A stretch of DNA of 64,000 nt from Callorhinchus milii (lineage: Eukaryota). The DNA is taken from positions 76,138,001-76,202,000 of the forward strand of contig NW_024704742.1 of the NCBI RefSeq assembly GCF_018977255.1. Reading direction: 5' to 3'. The notes under the pieces are model-generated. The model saw only the letters and a program-made list of their open reading frames with translations. It searched no databases and was not told the DNA's origin. Positions 1 to 11,300 of this stretch are shown piece after piece (within the stretch, counting starts at the first letter, position 1; each line of letters opens with the position of its first letter). The translations under genes were made by a program, and so were the position numbers.

Positions 1-175
1 TGGTGGAGTCTGGCAATGTTGCGGAGGTGGTGGTAGGCAGTGCCGGTCATGGCGCGGATGTGGGGGAAAAAGGACAGTTCAGGGTCAAACAAGACACCCA
101 GGTTCCTGACTGGCTTAGTGAGGTTGAGTGTGCAGCCATGGAAGCTGATGCTGACAGCGCCCGAGACGTTCAGAA
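1..175 (-). mobile_element. L2-type LINE RT fragment
   Basis: Closely similar to 56740-56900 of the L2 copy below. Confidence 0.7.
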
Positions 176-910
176 GAGGGAGAGGGAGACAACTGTCCAA
201 AAAAAGCCACAGATTTACAGATGCATCATACGTTAAAGACATTGAGACATCAAATCGAGGTCTTGTCTGCATGTTCAGGTGGAAGTTAAAGATCTCGTGG
301 CACTTTTCGAAAAGAGAATGGAGTTTCTCCTGGTGTCCTGGCCAAAAGTCCTCCAAATAAAATTGGTTGTGAGAAGATTATTATTATTAGGATTATTATT
401 CTACAAATTCTCACTGGTACGGAGAACAAACATTGGGATTGAATCCCACTTCAAAATGAAGCAGAGGTGCAGTGGGTTATTTTTTACTTAAAGCTTTCTT
501 AATTGCATTAACCTAATCCCTACTTGCAGTAATTGAAAAAAATAGCTATTTAGATATTTTAACTCCTTTTAACAACAAGCAGTGACCCTCGTTCCTGCAG
601 CCTTTATTCCGCAGGCACACAGATGGCATGTAATATTGAGCCAGTGGTTCATGGCCTGGCTAATATGCAGCCACAACATGAACAATTGGTCCAATATTAC
701 GTGCCAAGGGTTGTCAGCCAGGAGGCTGCGATGGACAACCACAACCTACCCAAATGCTATCACTCGTGTCTCTGGAATAGCAAGCATCTGCGTATCATGA
801 GCTTGTTCCCTCCTCTCCCCTATAAACAGTAAGCAGCCCTTAAAATACATGCAAGGGCACGTCTCAGATTTTCAGCTGTTGAATTGCAGCATATTTGGAT
901 AGATAATTAT

Positions 911-1040
911 TTAGGGAGGACAAGTTTGCAGGGCTATGGGGAGAGAGCGATTGATTTGGGCAGCTCTTTTCAAAGATCCGGCACAGACCCAATGGGCCGA
1001 GTGACCTCCTTCTGTGTTGTATAATTCTATGATTCTATAT
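911..1040 (+). mobile_element. CR1 LINE 3' end
   Basis: ...atgggccgagtgacctccttctgtgttgtataATTCTATGATTCTAT, a CR1-type octamer tail. Confidence 0.7.
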
Positions 1041-1663
1041 TTGTAATAGGGAAACAGGCTCCAGTTTAAAATGAATTGAGTCTGTAAAAGGAAATTCAAG
1101 TTTGTTCAGACTGTTTAAGTAAAGCAGAAAAACACTTCCACTTCAGAAAATGCATCCAAAGCTGCAGAGTGAAACAGCTTTAAACAATCCTGGAACGTGC
1201 TATAAACTCTTCTATAAATCAGTTTGTGAACGATGCTCTGCACCACTTACTGCGGCTTAGTGTGGGCAAATTAAGGACTATTTTCATTGTACCCTTCAAT
1301 GATGTTTAAACTGATGCAGGGCAAGAGACTGGGGTGAAAACATTACAAGTCAAACCTTCACCACCATTTTAACGACACTGTTATCCAGAGGCAAAGAAAG
1401 TTACAGTACCCAGAAACAGCCTTAAGATAATTGAAAAAAGGATACAACGTGACAGGCTGCTGAGTGAATATCACCAATAATTCGGAAGGGGGAAACCAGG
1501 GTGACAGATCGTTTAGGTGTTGTTGGTCAAACATGAATAGGATAGATTGATAAGAGGGTTATTGATCCGTCAGGAAGTTATCACTCTTTTTGGGAGAGGG
1601 AGATCGCTCCCTTGGCGGGTCACTCTCCATCAGCGGGCTATCGATCAGTGAGGGTTATTAATG

Positions 1664-2010
1664 ATAATAATAATCCTTTCATTTGATGTGGCACCTTTCA
1701 CGTCATAAGGCCTCTCAAAACCCTTTGTAGCATTTACTGCAAAGTGTAGCGACTCTGTATTTCGAGGGTAGATACGGCAGCTACTTTGCACATAAGCAAC
1801 GTACCCACAAACTGTCATGGAGTGAGTAACCCAATTTTATTTGGGGGATTGTTAACCAGGACACCAGGAGAAACTCCCTTCCTTTTTTGAATAGTGCCAC
1901 GGGATCTTTAACATCCACCTGAACACACAGCTGTGACCTCGGATTAACATCTCACCCGAAGGATGGCACCTCCGACAATGCATCGCACCCCCAGCACTGG
2001 ATGGAAGGCT
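1664..2010 (-). mobile_element. Old DeuSINE (SacSINE1-like) fragment
   Basis: Deu-domain-like core (caggtggatgttaaagatccc-tggcactattc) and a gataataataat tail on the reverse strand. Confidence 0.7.
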
Positions 2011-2047
2011 TGAATCTTCGAAATCAGAACCAGACTGACACACAAAT

Positions 2048-2583
2048 TGATCAGTCAGCGGTTATTGATCGGTCAGCGGTTATTGGTCCATCAGTGGTTA
2101 TTGATCAGTCAGGGTATTGGTCACAAAGGGTACTGATCAGTTAGGTTATTGATCAGTAGGGTTATTAATCAGTCAGAGCATTGGTCAGTCGGGGCATTGG
2201 TCAGTCGGGGCATTGATCAGTCGGGGTATTGATCAGTCGGGGTATTGATCAGTCGGGGTATTGGTCAGTCGGGGTATTGGTCAGTCGGGGTATTGGTCAG
2301 TCGGGGTATTGGTCAGTCGGGGTATTGGTCAGTCGGGGTATTGGTCAGTCGGGGTATTGGTCAGTCGGGGTATTGATCAGTTGGGGTATTGATCAGTTGG
2401 GGTATTGGTCAGTCGGGGTATTGATCAGTTGGGGTATTGATCAGTTGGGGTATTGGTCAGTTGGGGTATTGGTCAGTTGGGGTATTGGTCAGTCGGGGTA
2501 TTGACAGTCGGGGTATTGGTCAGTCGGGGCATTGGTCAGTCGGGGCATTGGTCACAAAGGGTATTGACAGTCGGGTATTGATC
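2048..2583. repeat. 16-bp minisatellite (GGGGTATTG[G/A]TCAGT[C/T])n
   Basis: Directly visible; homogeneous over about 2180-2580, degenerate leftwards. Confidence 0.95.
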
Positions 2584-2595
2584 CTCTGTACTCAC

Positions 2596-2609
2596 AACAG
2601 GAAGCTCAT
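2596..2609 (-). CDS. MOB1B: MOB kinase activator 1B, coding exon 1 (partial gene; continues left of the window)
   Basis: Reverse strand reads CCAACC-ATG AGC TTC CTG TT|GTGAGT = MSFL(F) plus a strong donor, matching the MOB1 N-terminus MSFLF. MOB1B rather than MOB1A is inferred from head-to-head synteny with GRSF1. Confidence 0.85.
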
Positions 2610-2744
2610 GGTTGGATGCGGTCGCGGGTCCGGAGCGTTCGGAGTGTCGGCAACAATGGGCCGTTCCCGGAGGGGAAACCTCGCGCCCCCACAGCCGCCA
2701 CCTGACACCTGACCACAGCCCTGACCTTCCCAGTCACCACCTCA

Positions 2745-3330
2745 CCGCTCCCTCACACTCCCTCCCTCCCTCACACTCACTCCCTCCCTCACACTCCTCC
2801 CTCCCTCACAACCCTCCCTCCCTCCCTCCCTCACACTCACTCCCTCACAACCCTCCCTCACACTCACTCCCTCACAACCCTCCTTCACACTCACTCACTC
2901 CCTCACACTCCCTCCCTCCCTCACACTCACTCCCTCCCTCCCTCACACTCACTCCCTCCCTCCCTCACACTCACTCCCTCCCTCACAACGCTCCTTCACA
3001 CTCACTCACTCCCTCCCTCACACTCCTCCCTCCCTCACACTCCCTCCCTCCCTCCCTCACACTCACTCCCTCCCTCACAACCCTCCCTCACACTCACTCA
3101 CTCCCTCACACTCACTCACTCCCTCCCTCACAGCGCTCTCTTCACACAAACACACACACACACCTCCTCTCAGTCAGTCAGTCAGTCACAGCCTCCACAC
3201 ACACACACACACCATCTCTCCTCCCTACACTGCCTCTCCTTCTGCTCAGGGCCCTCCCTCTCTGACACCCATATCCGCTCTCACACATCACTCCTTCCTT
3301 CTCCCCCCCCCCTCCCCCTCCTCCTCTCCT
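2745..3330. repeat. C-rich low-complexity repeat (CCCT/CACT/CA)
   Basis: Directly visible. Confidence 0.9.
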
Positions 3331-3879
3331 GTCCAATATAAGGTCTTTTCAGGACATGAGTCCCATGTTCAATGCATTGAGTCAGGCATCGCTGTGCTGT
3401 TAACCCTAACTCTGTTTATCGTTAAAATGTTCAAAACGCACGAAAGGTGGCAATCTGTTTTATGAGCAGGGCAGGAGTGGCAATACTGCTGCTGCTGCCG
3501 TGCACAAGTGTGCAGGTGGTCCGGCTGTCACAAGTGCAGGTCTGCAGTTTGTTGGAAGTGGCATCAGGGACTGCAGGGCAGGGCAGGGCAGGGGCCTCTC
3601 ACAGCAGCAGTCCTGGGTGATGTGTCAACAACAACGTGCATTCACATCGCGCCCTTCACCCGGGGTAGCGTCCCGGAGCGCTTGGCATTGGTGGAGTCTG
3701 ACCCCGAGCCGGGGGGGAAGGGGAGGTGACCACAAGCACGATCGAAAAGGAAGGTCTTTAGCTGGGATCTGGAAGTGGGGAGGGAGGCCGGGAAGGGACG
3801 GAGAGAGGGAGTAAGGAATAATCCAATTGTCTAATGGAACAAGGGCATCAAGTCCATCCTGACCAGAAGGAGAGCTCTG

Positions 3880-5056
3880 TGTGGAAAGTGTGTGCGTGTG
3901 CGTGTAGGGGGTGCTGTGTGTGGAGCGTCTCTGGTGCGGGGGATGCTGTGTGTGGAGGGTCCCGGGTGGGGGGGGGTGCTATGTGTGGAGTGGTGTCTCT
4001 GGGGGATGTGTACCTGGAGTGGTGTCTCTAGGGGGCGCTATGTGTAGTGTCTCTACGGGGCGCAGTGTGTGGAGTGGATCTCCAGGGATTGTGTGTGTGG
4101 AGTCGTGTCTCTAGGTGGCGCTATGTGTGAAGCGGTGTGTCTCGGGGGTACTGTGTGTGGAGTGTTGTCTCGGTGTGTGGCGTGTCTGTAGGGGGCGCTG
4201 TGTGTGGAGTGTTGTCTCTCGGTGTGTGGCGTGTCTGTAGGGGGCGCTGTGCGTGGAGTGGTGTGTCTCGGTGTGTGGAGTGTCTGTAGTGGGCGCTGTG
4301 TGTGGCGTGTCTCCAGGGGGCGCTGTGTGTGGAGTGTCTGTAGGGGGCGCTGTGTGTGGCGTGTCTGTAGGGGGCGCTGTGTGTGGAGTGTCTGTAGGGG
4401 GCGCTGTGTGTGGCGTGTCTGTAGGGGGCGCTGTGTGTGGAGTGTCTGTAGGGGGCGCTGTGTGTGGCGTGTCTGTAGGGGGCGCTGTGTGTGGAGTGTC
4501 TGTAGGGGGCGCTGTGTGTGGAGTGTCTGTAGGGGGCCCTGTGTGTGGAGTGTCTGTAGGGGGCGCTGTGTGTGGAGTGTCTGTAGGGGGCGCTGTGTGT
4601 GGCGTGTCTGTAGGGGGCGCTGTGTGTGGAGTGTTGTCTCTCGGTGTGTGGCGTGTCTGTAGGGGGCGCTGTGTGTGGAGTGTCTGTAGGGGGCGCTGTG
4701 TGTGGAGTGTCTGTAGGGGGCGCTGTGTGTGGCGTGTCTGTAGGGGGCGCTGTGTGTGGCGTGTCTGTAGGGGGCGCTGTGTGTGGCGTGTCTGTAGGGG
4801 GCGCTGTGTGTGGCGTGTCTGTAGGGGGCGCTGTGTGTGGCGTGTCTGTAGGGGGCGCTGTGTGTGGCGTGTCTGTAGGGGGCGCTGTGTGTGGCGTGTC
4901 TGTAGGGGGCGCTGTGTGTGGAGTGTCTGTAGGGGGCCCTGTGTGTGGAGTGTCTGTAGGGGGCGCTGTGTGTGGAGTGTCTGTAGGGGGCGCTGTGTGT
5001 GGAGTGTCTGTAGGGGGCGCTGTGTGTGGAGTGTCTGTAGGGGGCGCTGTGTGTGG
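3880..5056. repeat. 27-bp minisatellite (GTGTCTGTAGGGGGCGCTGTGTGTGG[A/C])n, about 30 near-perfect units plus a degenerate left flank
   Basis: Directly visible; 9-aa periodicity in the spurious ORFs. Confidence 0.96.
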
Positions 5057-5152
5057 AGGGAGCCTCTCTGTCGGGTGCCCGCTGTGTGCTGGGCTGTGTT
5101 AAGCTGCCGGTCGGCGCGGCCCTGCTGTGGCCTGTCAGCCCGCGGGGTCTCC

Positions 5153-5332
5153 ATGGCCGTGAGCGGTTGCCGGGCCCGCGTGCTGAGCCTGCGCCTGCTG
5201 ACCCGCGCCTTCACACACACGCCCCGCGCCGCCGCCCCGCGCCCCGCCAGCCAGAGGCGGGCCCTGGGCCTGTGCTGGAGCCACAGCCAGAGCCACAGCC
5301 AGAGCCGGGGCCCCGCCAGCGGCCAACAGCAG
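5153..5332 (+). CDS. GRSF1: GRSF1 exon 1 (mitochondrial presequence-like)
   Basis: ccATGG in a CpG-rich segment; [20 protein letters not shown]...GQQQ has no D/E in 60 aa; donor CAG|GTCAGA, phase 0, matches exon 2. Confidence 0.78.
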
Positions 5333-8300
5333 GTCAGAGCAGCGGGGAGACACCCGGGCCCCAGGCCGGGAGGGTGGGGAGGGGGAGGGGGTGGGAGGGG
5401 GTGAGGGTGGGAGGGGGTGAAGGTGGGAGGGGGTGAATGGGGTGAAGGTGGGAGGGGGTGAAGGTGGGAGGGGATGAGGGTGGGAGGGGGGTGAATGGGG
5501 TGAAGGTGTGGGGGTGAAGGTGGGAGGGGGTGAATGGGGTGAAGGTGGGAGGGGATGAGGGTGGGAGGGGGTGAATGGGGTGAAGGTGTGGGGGTGAAGG
5601 TGGGAGGGAGTGAATGGGGTGAAGGTGGGAGGGGATGAGGGTGGGAGGGGATGAAGGTGGGGGGGTGAAGGTGTGGGGGTGAAGGTGAATGGGGTGAAGG
5701 TGAAGGTGGGAGGGGTGAAGGTGAATGGGGTGAAGGTGAAGGTGGGAGTGGTGAAGGTGGGAGGGGGTGAATGGGGTGAAGGTGGGAGGGGGTGAATGGG
5801 GTGAAGGTGGGAGGGGGTGAATGGGGTGAAGGTGGGAGGGGGTGAAGGTGGGAGGGGGTGAAGGTGTGGGGGTGAAGGTGTGGAGGTGAAGGTGTGGGGG
5901 TGAAGGTGTGGGGGTGAAGGTGGGAGGGGGTGAAGGTGAATGGGGTGAAGGTGGGAGGGGGTGAAGGTGGGAGGGGTGAATGGGGTGAAGGTGGGAGGGG
6001 GAGTGAAGATGTTGGGGTGTGTGCGGGTGAGTGGGTGGGAGGTGGTAATTAATGGGGTGACTGTGTTTCATAAGCCAAAATGGAGCAAAAAAAAGTTGTC
6101 AGAGAAAATATAAAGGGGATGTCCAGAGGGGAGAGGGTGTGGTGTGTGTGTGTGTGTGGAGGTGGGGGAAAAAAAGCAGGGGAGTGAGACACATTATTTT
6201 TAAAAAAAATGAACTCGCCACAATTCCTGATGCTGGCAATACTGGAGTAATTTATTGGATTAATGAGGATTAAGACCAGTCTTAAACAGGGTTGCCACAA
6301 ATTGAAATGCATTTCTAGCCCCAAAGTCCACCAAATACTACCCCCCAAAAGTAGCCTGATGTTATATGTCACCTACAATGGGTAGGAGAGTGATCAATTT
6401 CGGTTCAGTGCTTTTTGAAACTAAGAGAAGGTCTTCAAAGGGGAAAACCAAACATGTTTTGCAGGTTTAAATGAACAATAAATTTTAAAAAATTAGGCAC
6501 CCGCCCAAAGTTGTTTTTTCACACCTCGTGCGACAAAACCCCAGCTCAACTGGGTGTGAACTGGTCCAATTGGAGGAGTTGGGCAGAGACTCCGGGTTGG
6601 CGTTCCCAAGAAAGTGAGGTGCCATTCGTTTGTTAGGGTGGAAGAGTACGACTATAGCCATTGTTAACTCTGTCAGACAAAGCAAGAGGTCCGTCCGTCC
6701 AAGCGGCTCCCCACACGGACACAATGGGTTTATTGTTGGCTTCCTTCTATGCAAAAAGTATTTAGGTTTGTGTCATGCTTTCTTACACTTACTGCTGATG
6801 TGGAGGGTTACTGTTACAAGAACTTTGTTTTATACAGAGTTTTTCATCTGAAATAATATCTCGAAGAACGTTACCAACAAAGTGGCGAACACCAAGCCAG
6901 GAAATGAGCAGTTTAAAGGTGTTAATGAAAAACAGTTTAAAGAGGTGTTTTCAAGGAGGTTTTTGAAGACTTAGAGCGAAAGAGTAATATTGTAATCCTT
7001 TCATTTGACATTGCACCTTTCACGTCAGGAGGACGTCTCAAAGTGCTTCACAGGATATGCTACAAAGTGATTTGACTGCATTTTATGGGCAACCTCAGCC
7101 GCTAATTTGGCACAACATTATCTTACAAATATCGATGAAGTCAATTAAATTACGTAACATAGCAACATGCGATGGAAAGAGACTTCCAGAGGCAGAGGCA
7201 TGGTTCAATGAAGGCAAGCAGGTAGTCATTTAGAAATATTCAGAAATCAAGGTTAGTGAAATACACATAGAGTTTAGTTCAGCATATATATGTAGCTCTG
7301 AACCCCACTCGTCTGCTTCTCCTCCACTCAGGTAATACAGGTCTGCTGTGCATCCTCCCCACGCCACTATCGGGAACTGAGCTGTCAGTCATTTGGCCCC
7401 TAACTTCTAGAACTCCCTGTTTATACCCCTCCATGTAGCCTCCCTGTATCTGTCTCCAGTCCCACCTTAAAACCTTCCTCTTCAACCGGGCCTGTGGCCA
7501 TCTCTCCCTTCCAGCTCGGCGTCCAACCTTGCCACTGTGAAGTGCTCGGAGACATATACATGCAACAGGTATCTGTTTGCGTATAGAATAAGAAGCTATT
7601 GGAAGAGATGTAGTAAAGCATTTGGGATAGATAAAAATGGAACCATGCAAATATGGTGCCGTGAAGTGGAAGAAAGATAGTGAAATGATGGACAGTGTCA
7701 GTTGTCGCAGAGAAGTTGAGGAGGAGATAGAATGAGGCCTGGTCACATTCAGAAAAAATGACATAGCAAATTTGACTTGGATGTGTCAAATGCCTAACTT
7801 GAGGCTCTTAAACAGGTAATGATGATAGGAGTAAGTACAGAATCGGGTTGTAATGGCATGTTCCAGTTTATAAATACTCAGAAAATACAATATATAAATG
7901 CCATACAGGAGATTTGACCACAAGGATGGAAAGCACCAAATTGGGGAGGGAGAGGTTTCTGAAATGAATCAGAAATTGTCAGGATCATAGGAAACTACAG
8001 CTAAACCAGCATGGAAGGAAGGTACTAGGGATTTCTCAGGGATTTTGTGCTAGAGCCAGTGTTATTAAAACTATTGATGAATTATGTGGAAATGGGAGAC
8101 AGACAGAATAAAAAAGAGACATTTTGAAAGATTAGGCTGTTGGATTGACAAGTGAGAAATGGTATTGAATGTAGATTTAAAGCAAGTGATTAGATTCAGG
8201 GAAGAATACAGTGGAAATATAAAGTAAATGGTATTAGTCTAAAGAACACGACACATGAAAATGTATGAGATCATTTGGGCCCCTTATTTACTTCAAATCC

Positions 8301-11300
8301 TTGATCAGAGTGAAGTAGATTTTAAAGCTCTACTGTATTCTAAGCCCTTCTGCCATGTAGCTTTGTCGTACCCATTGGATGAATGCTAACAATCTTTGGC
8401 TGCTTCCAGAAGACTAACTGGATCCAATGAGATGTAGTTCAGTAAAGGAGGTTATTGTGAGCCTTTCATACAACAGCACAGTGATGGGGATCCACCGTGT
8501 CTTCTTCCCAAACAAAGTCGAGTGATGCTGAGACGATGTATGTCGCAGCACTCACTAGAGTGGGGACCGCTATGCCTCCCAGGACAGTGAGACAATGAGC
8601 AGTCAGAAATATAAGTATTTAATAGCAGCTGATCTCCAGTGTGGTAGATGTGTAACTGGCTCACTGGTGCTCCACAATTCCTGTGGTATTTGAGGTTGGA
8701 GCTTATCTTGTGAACAACATTTGCTGTGGACTCTGGGACACAACATGCTGGAGCTGTCCTTGGTTTTCGTATGTGTAGAAAGATAATAATTTCTGCCCAC
8801 AAAATAAAGAGAATTCACTTTGCAATATATTCTGTGAAGCGCTTTGAGACATCTTGAAGAAGTGATAAGGCGCCATATCAAATGCAAGGATTATTATATT
8901 ATAATTTCTTTTTCAATTTTTTTATTTTAGTCAGGAATTACAAAGTTATGAAATTGGAAATCTTAACTGTTGGTTGGCCCTAAGAGAAGAACATGGAGTA
9001 CAAATGGTTATTTGTAGACCTCAGTTACTTAAAAGTACAACATTGAATACACGGGGGTAACAGAGCAGGTATGGGACAGCTCACACTCTCTTTTCATCTG
9101 TTTATCATAGAAAACAGCCAGGCGTGCAGCAGCTGTCAGGGTTGCTCCAGAGAGCAGTGTTTGATGGGAAGATTGTGCCGAACCTGTTTGTATCACCTTT
9201 GTTTGTAATGTGTTACTTTATGTTCCTTATTATTTTGAATCTCGCACAGGACATATATCAGCCTTTCCAGGGGGAAGACTACCCTCCTCTTCCTGAATAT
9301 GATGTGGGTGCATTAGAAATGGAACAAAATCGGATATTTGTGGTGCGTGCTAGGGGGCTTCCCTGGACCTGCTCAGTAGAAGATGTGCTGGACTTTTTCT
9401 CAGGTAAGATGTTTTTGAACACCCAAGTTAGTAGATTTGCATGAGAGAAGGGCAGAAAAGTTTGCTTTGTACTTAATTTAACTTGCTTTCCTTGAGGCTT
9501 CTTGCATTGTTCAAGTTGTATGCGAGGGAGTTTTATTTGTAAAGCAGTACTTTCAGTTTTGTGGTGAGGTGCTGTTTGTAAGAGTTATTTAAAACTTCCT
9601 TGAGTCTTATCAGCCCTTGTTTGTACCGAGCAACAGAGATGCACAGCAGGGGGAGTGACATTTCAGTCCTAAACAGTTATCTTTTCTTAAGAGAAATGAT
9701 AACTGTTTTAAGTGCTGTCCTTGAAGCACGGCCCCGTTTTAGTTTATTTTAAAAAGGAACACAATTTGCGGGATCCTCTGTAAGTTCTTGTATCTAGCCA
9801 TTTTCTATAATGCTGAGTGAAGCGCATGTGCTGGAGGTCAAAGGCAAACGCTCTATCATTCCCAGTGCCATTGAGCAGATGCCTTCCTTGCCTTTTCACT
9901 GGGACATTCAATCCCCAGCCCTACCACATCAACAAAAGCCAAACACTTTGCCGCAGTTGCTCTGTGGATAAGAACTTGCCAGTGATTGTGCTTCCTGTCA
10001 GAGCCCAATCACAGATTTGTTCTTTCTGCCACCCCCCTCCCTCTTCTCCCCACAGTCGAATCAACTCTCATTGTCAAAGCTCGCACATGAAAAATGACCC
10101 CTCTGATGAGGTACCAGAGGGCGATAGTGGGGCTGTATCCCAGCAGAAGGAAAATAAAGGAGAGGGCAAGGGAAAAATTTGACAAGAAAAAAATCATTTC
10201 ACAAAGATTTCAAAATCCTGAGAATTGTAAGAGGCACTTACAATGTAAGATGTAACAGAGAGTAAGTAAGACGCAGAACTTTAATCTGCTGGAATATAAA
10301 AGATTGCATTTATAATAGTGTCTGGAACTGAAATGAATTTAGTCTTATTGTTCCTAATTGCACGTTACAATAAAAAGGTGAAAAAATTGAATGTATTGAA
10401 TATGAAGAAAACCGTTCGTTGAATGAGGATCTGTTGCTCGATCTCAGGTGAGTGTTGTCTGATGTCGCTTGGCATGTGTTCGCATTACTTATACTTACAG
10501 CACTGCTTGTTCTCTTAGATTGTAGAGTTATGAACGGTGTTAAAGGTGTGCACTTCCTGCGCACAAAAGCTGGGAAGCCGAGTGGAGAGGCAATTGTCGA
10601 AATGGAATCTGAAGAAGATATTAACAAGGCACTGGAGAAAGACAGAAAGTACCTGGGTTCACGTTATATAGAAGGTACATTAACAGCAAGTCACAGAATA
10701 CCTTATCCACCATCAGGGGCTGGATGTTTCTGAAGCATTTCTTGTAAAACCTGAGTAACTGACTGTCCAAATATCACCATTCTTATTTGTTGTTGCAGCA
10801 TTTTAAATCGACAGTCCGGCAGCAAGCTTAAGATTTTCAGTTATTTTCACATCCTCGTTCCACTTGTAGTAGAAGAGCTTCCTTATGCGGCATGACGGCG
10901 TGCAACAGATTTTATTTTGAAATAGCAGGGAACCTGCCACCTGACTATAATGTGACAATCAGCAGAATGTAATGTGAAGCTGCTGGTGAATCTCTTGATA
11001 TCACAAAGGTGAACTGTTAATTCCAAAGGTGCATTAACCTCAGTGTCTGAAGTACCTTGGACAGAAAACAATCCCTCCTTAAACAATCGATTAGCGCCCT
11101 TGACATTAAATCCTCCCTTGACCCCCACCCTGGTGTTCTGGCTTAAAATCCCTCCACATTAAAATAATTGGTCATTCGTTTTATGGCTGCTTGTGGGACA
11201 TTGCTGTATGCAATTTGGCTGTTGCATTTGCCGACAAAGTATATCCTGTGAAAGGTTTTGAGGCGTCCTTTTGACATAAGGTGCTATACCAAATTCAAGG

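Larger units (their letters stand above)
2610..5152. promoter_or_regulatory. Divergent MOB1B/GRSF1 promoter interval
   Basis: CpG-rich patches at about 2610-2710 and 5060-5380 flank two divergent start codons. Confidence 0.6.

Noticed and set aside
691..705. Partial similarity to miR-16 (rc GGCACGTAATATTGG)
   Set aside because: Lacks the AGCAGC seed and the miR-15/16 cluster context.
2229..3265. Repetitive ORFs (SRGIGQSGYW..., PPSHSL...)
   Set aside because: Translations of minisatellite and low-complexity DNA.
4180..5056. Regular repeats resembling a CRISPR array
   Set aside because: Head-to-tail units with no unique spacers, in a vertebrate context.
4111..5152. Long ORFs of 369, 383 and 158 aa; one is in frame with the GRSF1 ATG
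   Set aside because: They are products of a stop-free 27-bp minisatellite. There is no in-frame upstream ATG, and an extension would mask the presequence.
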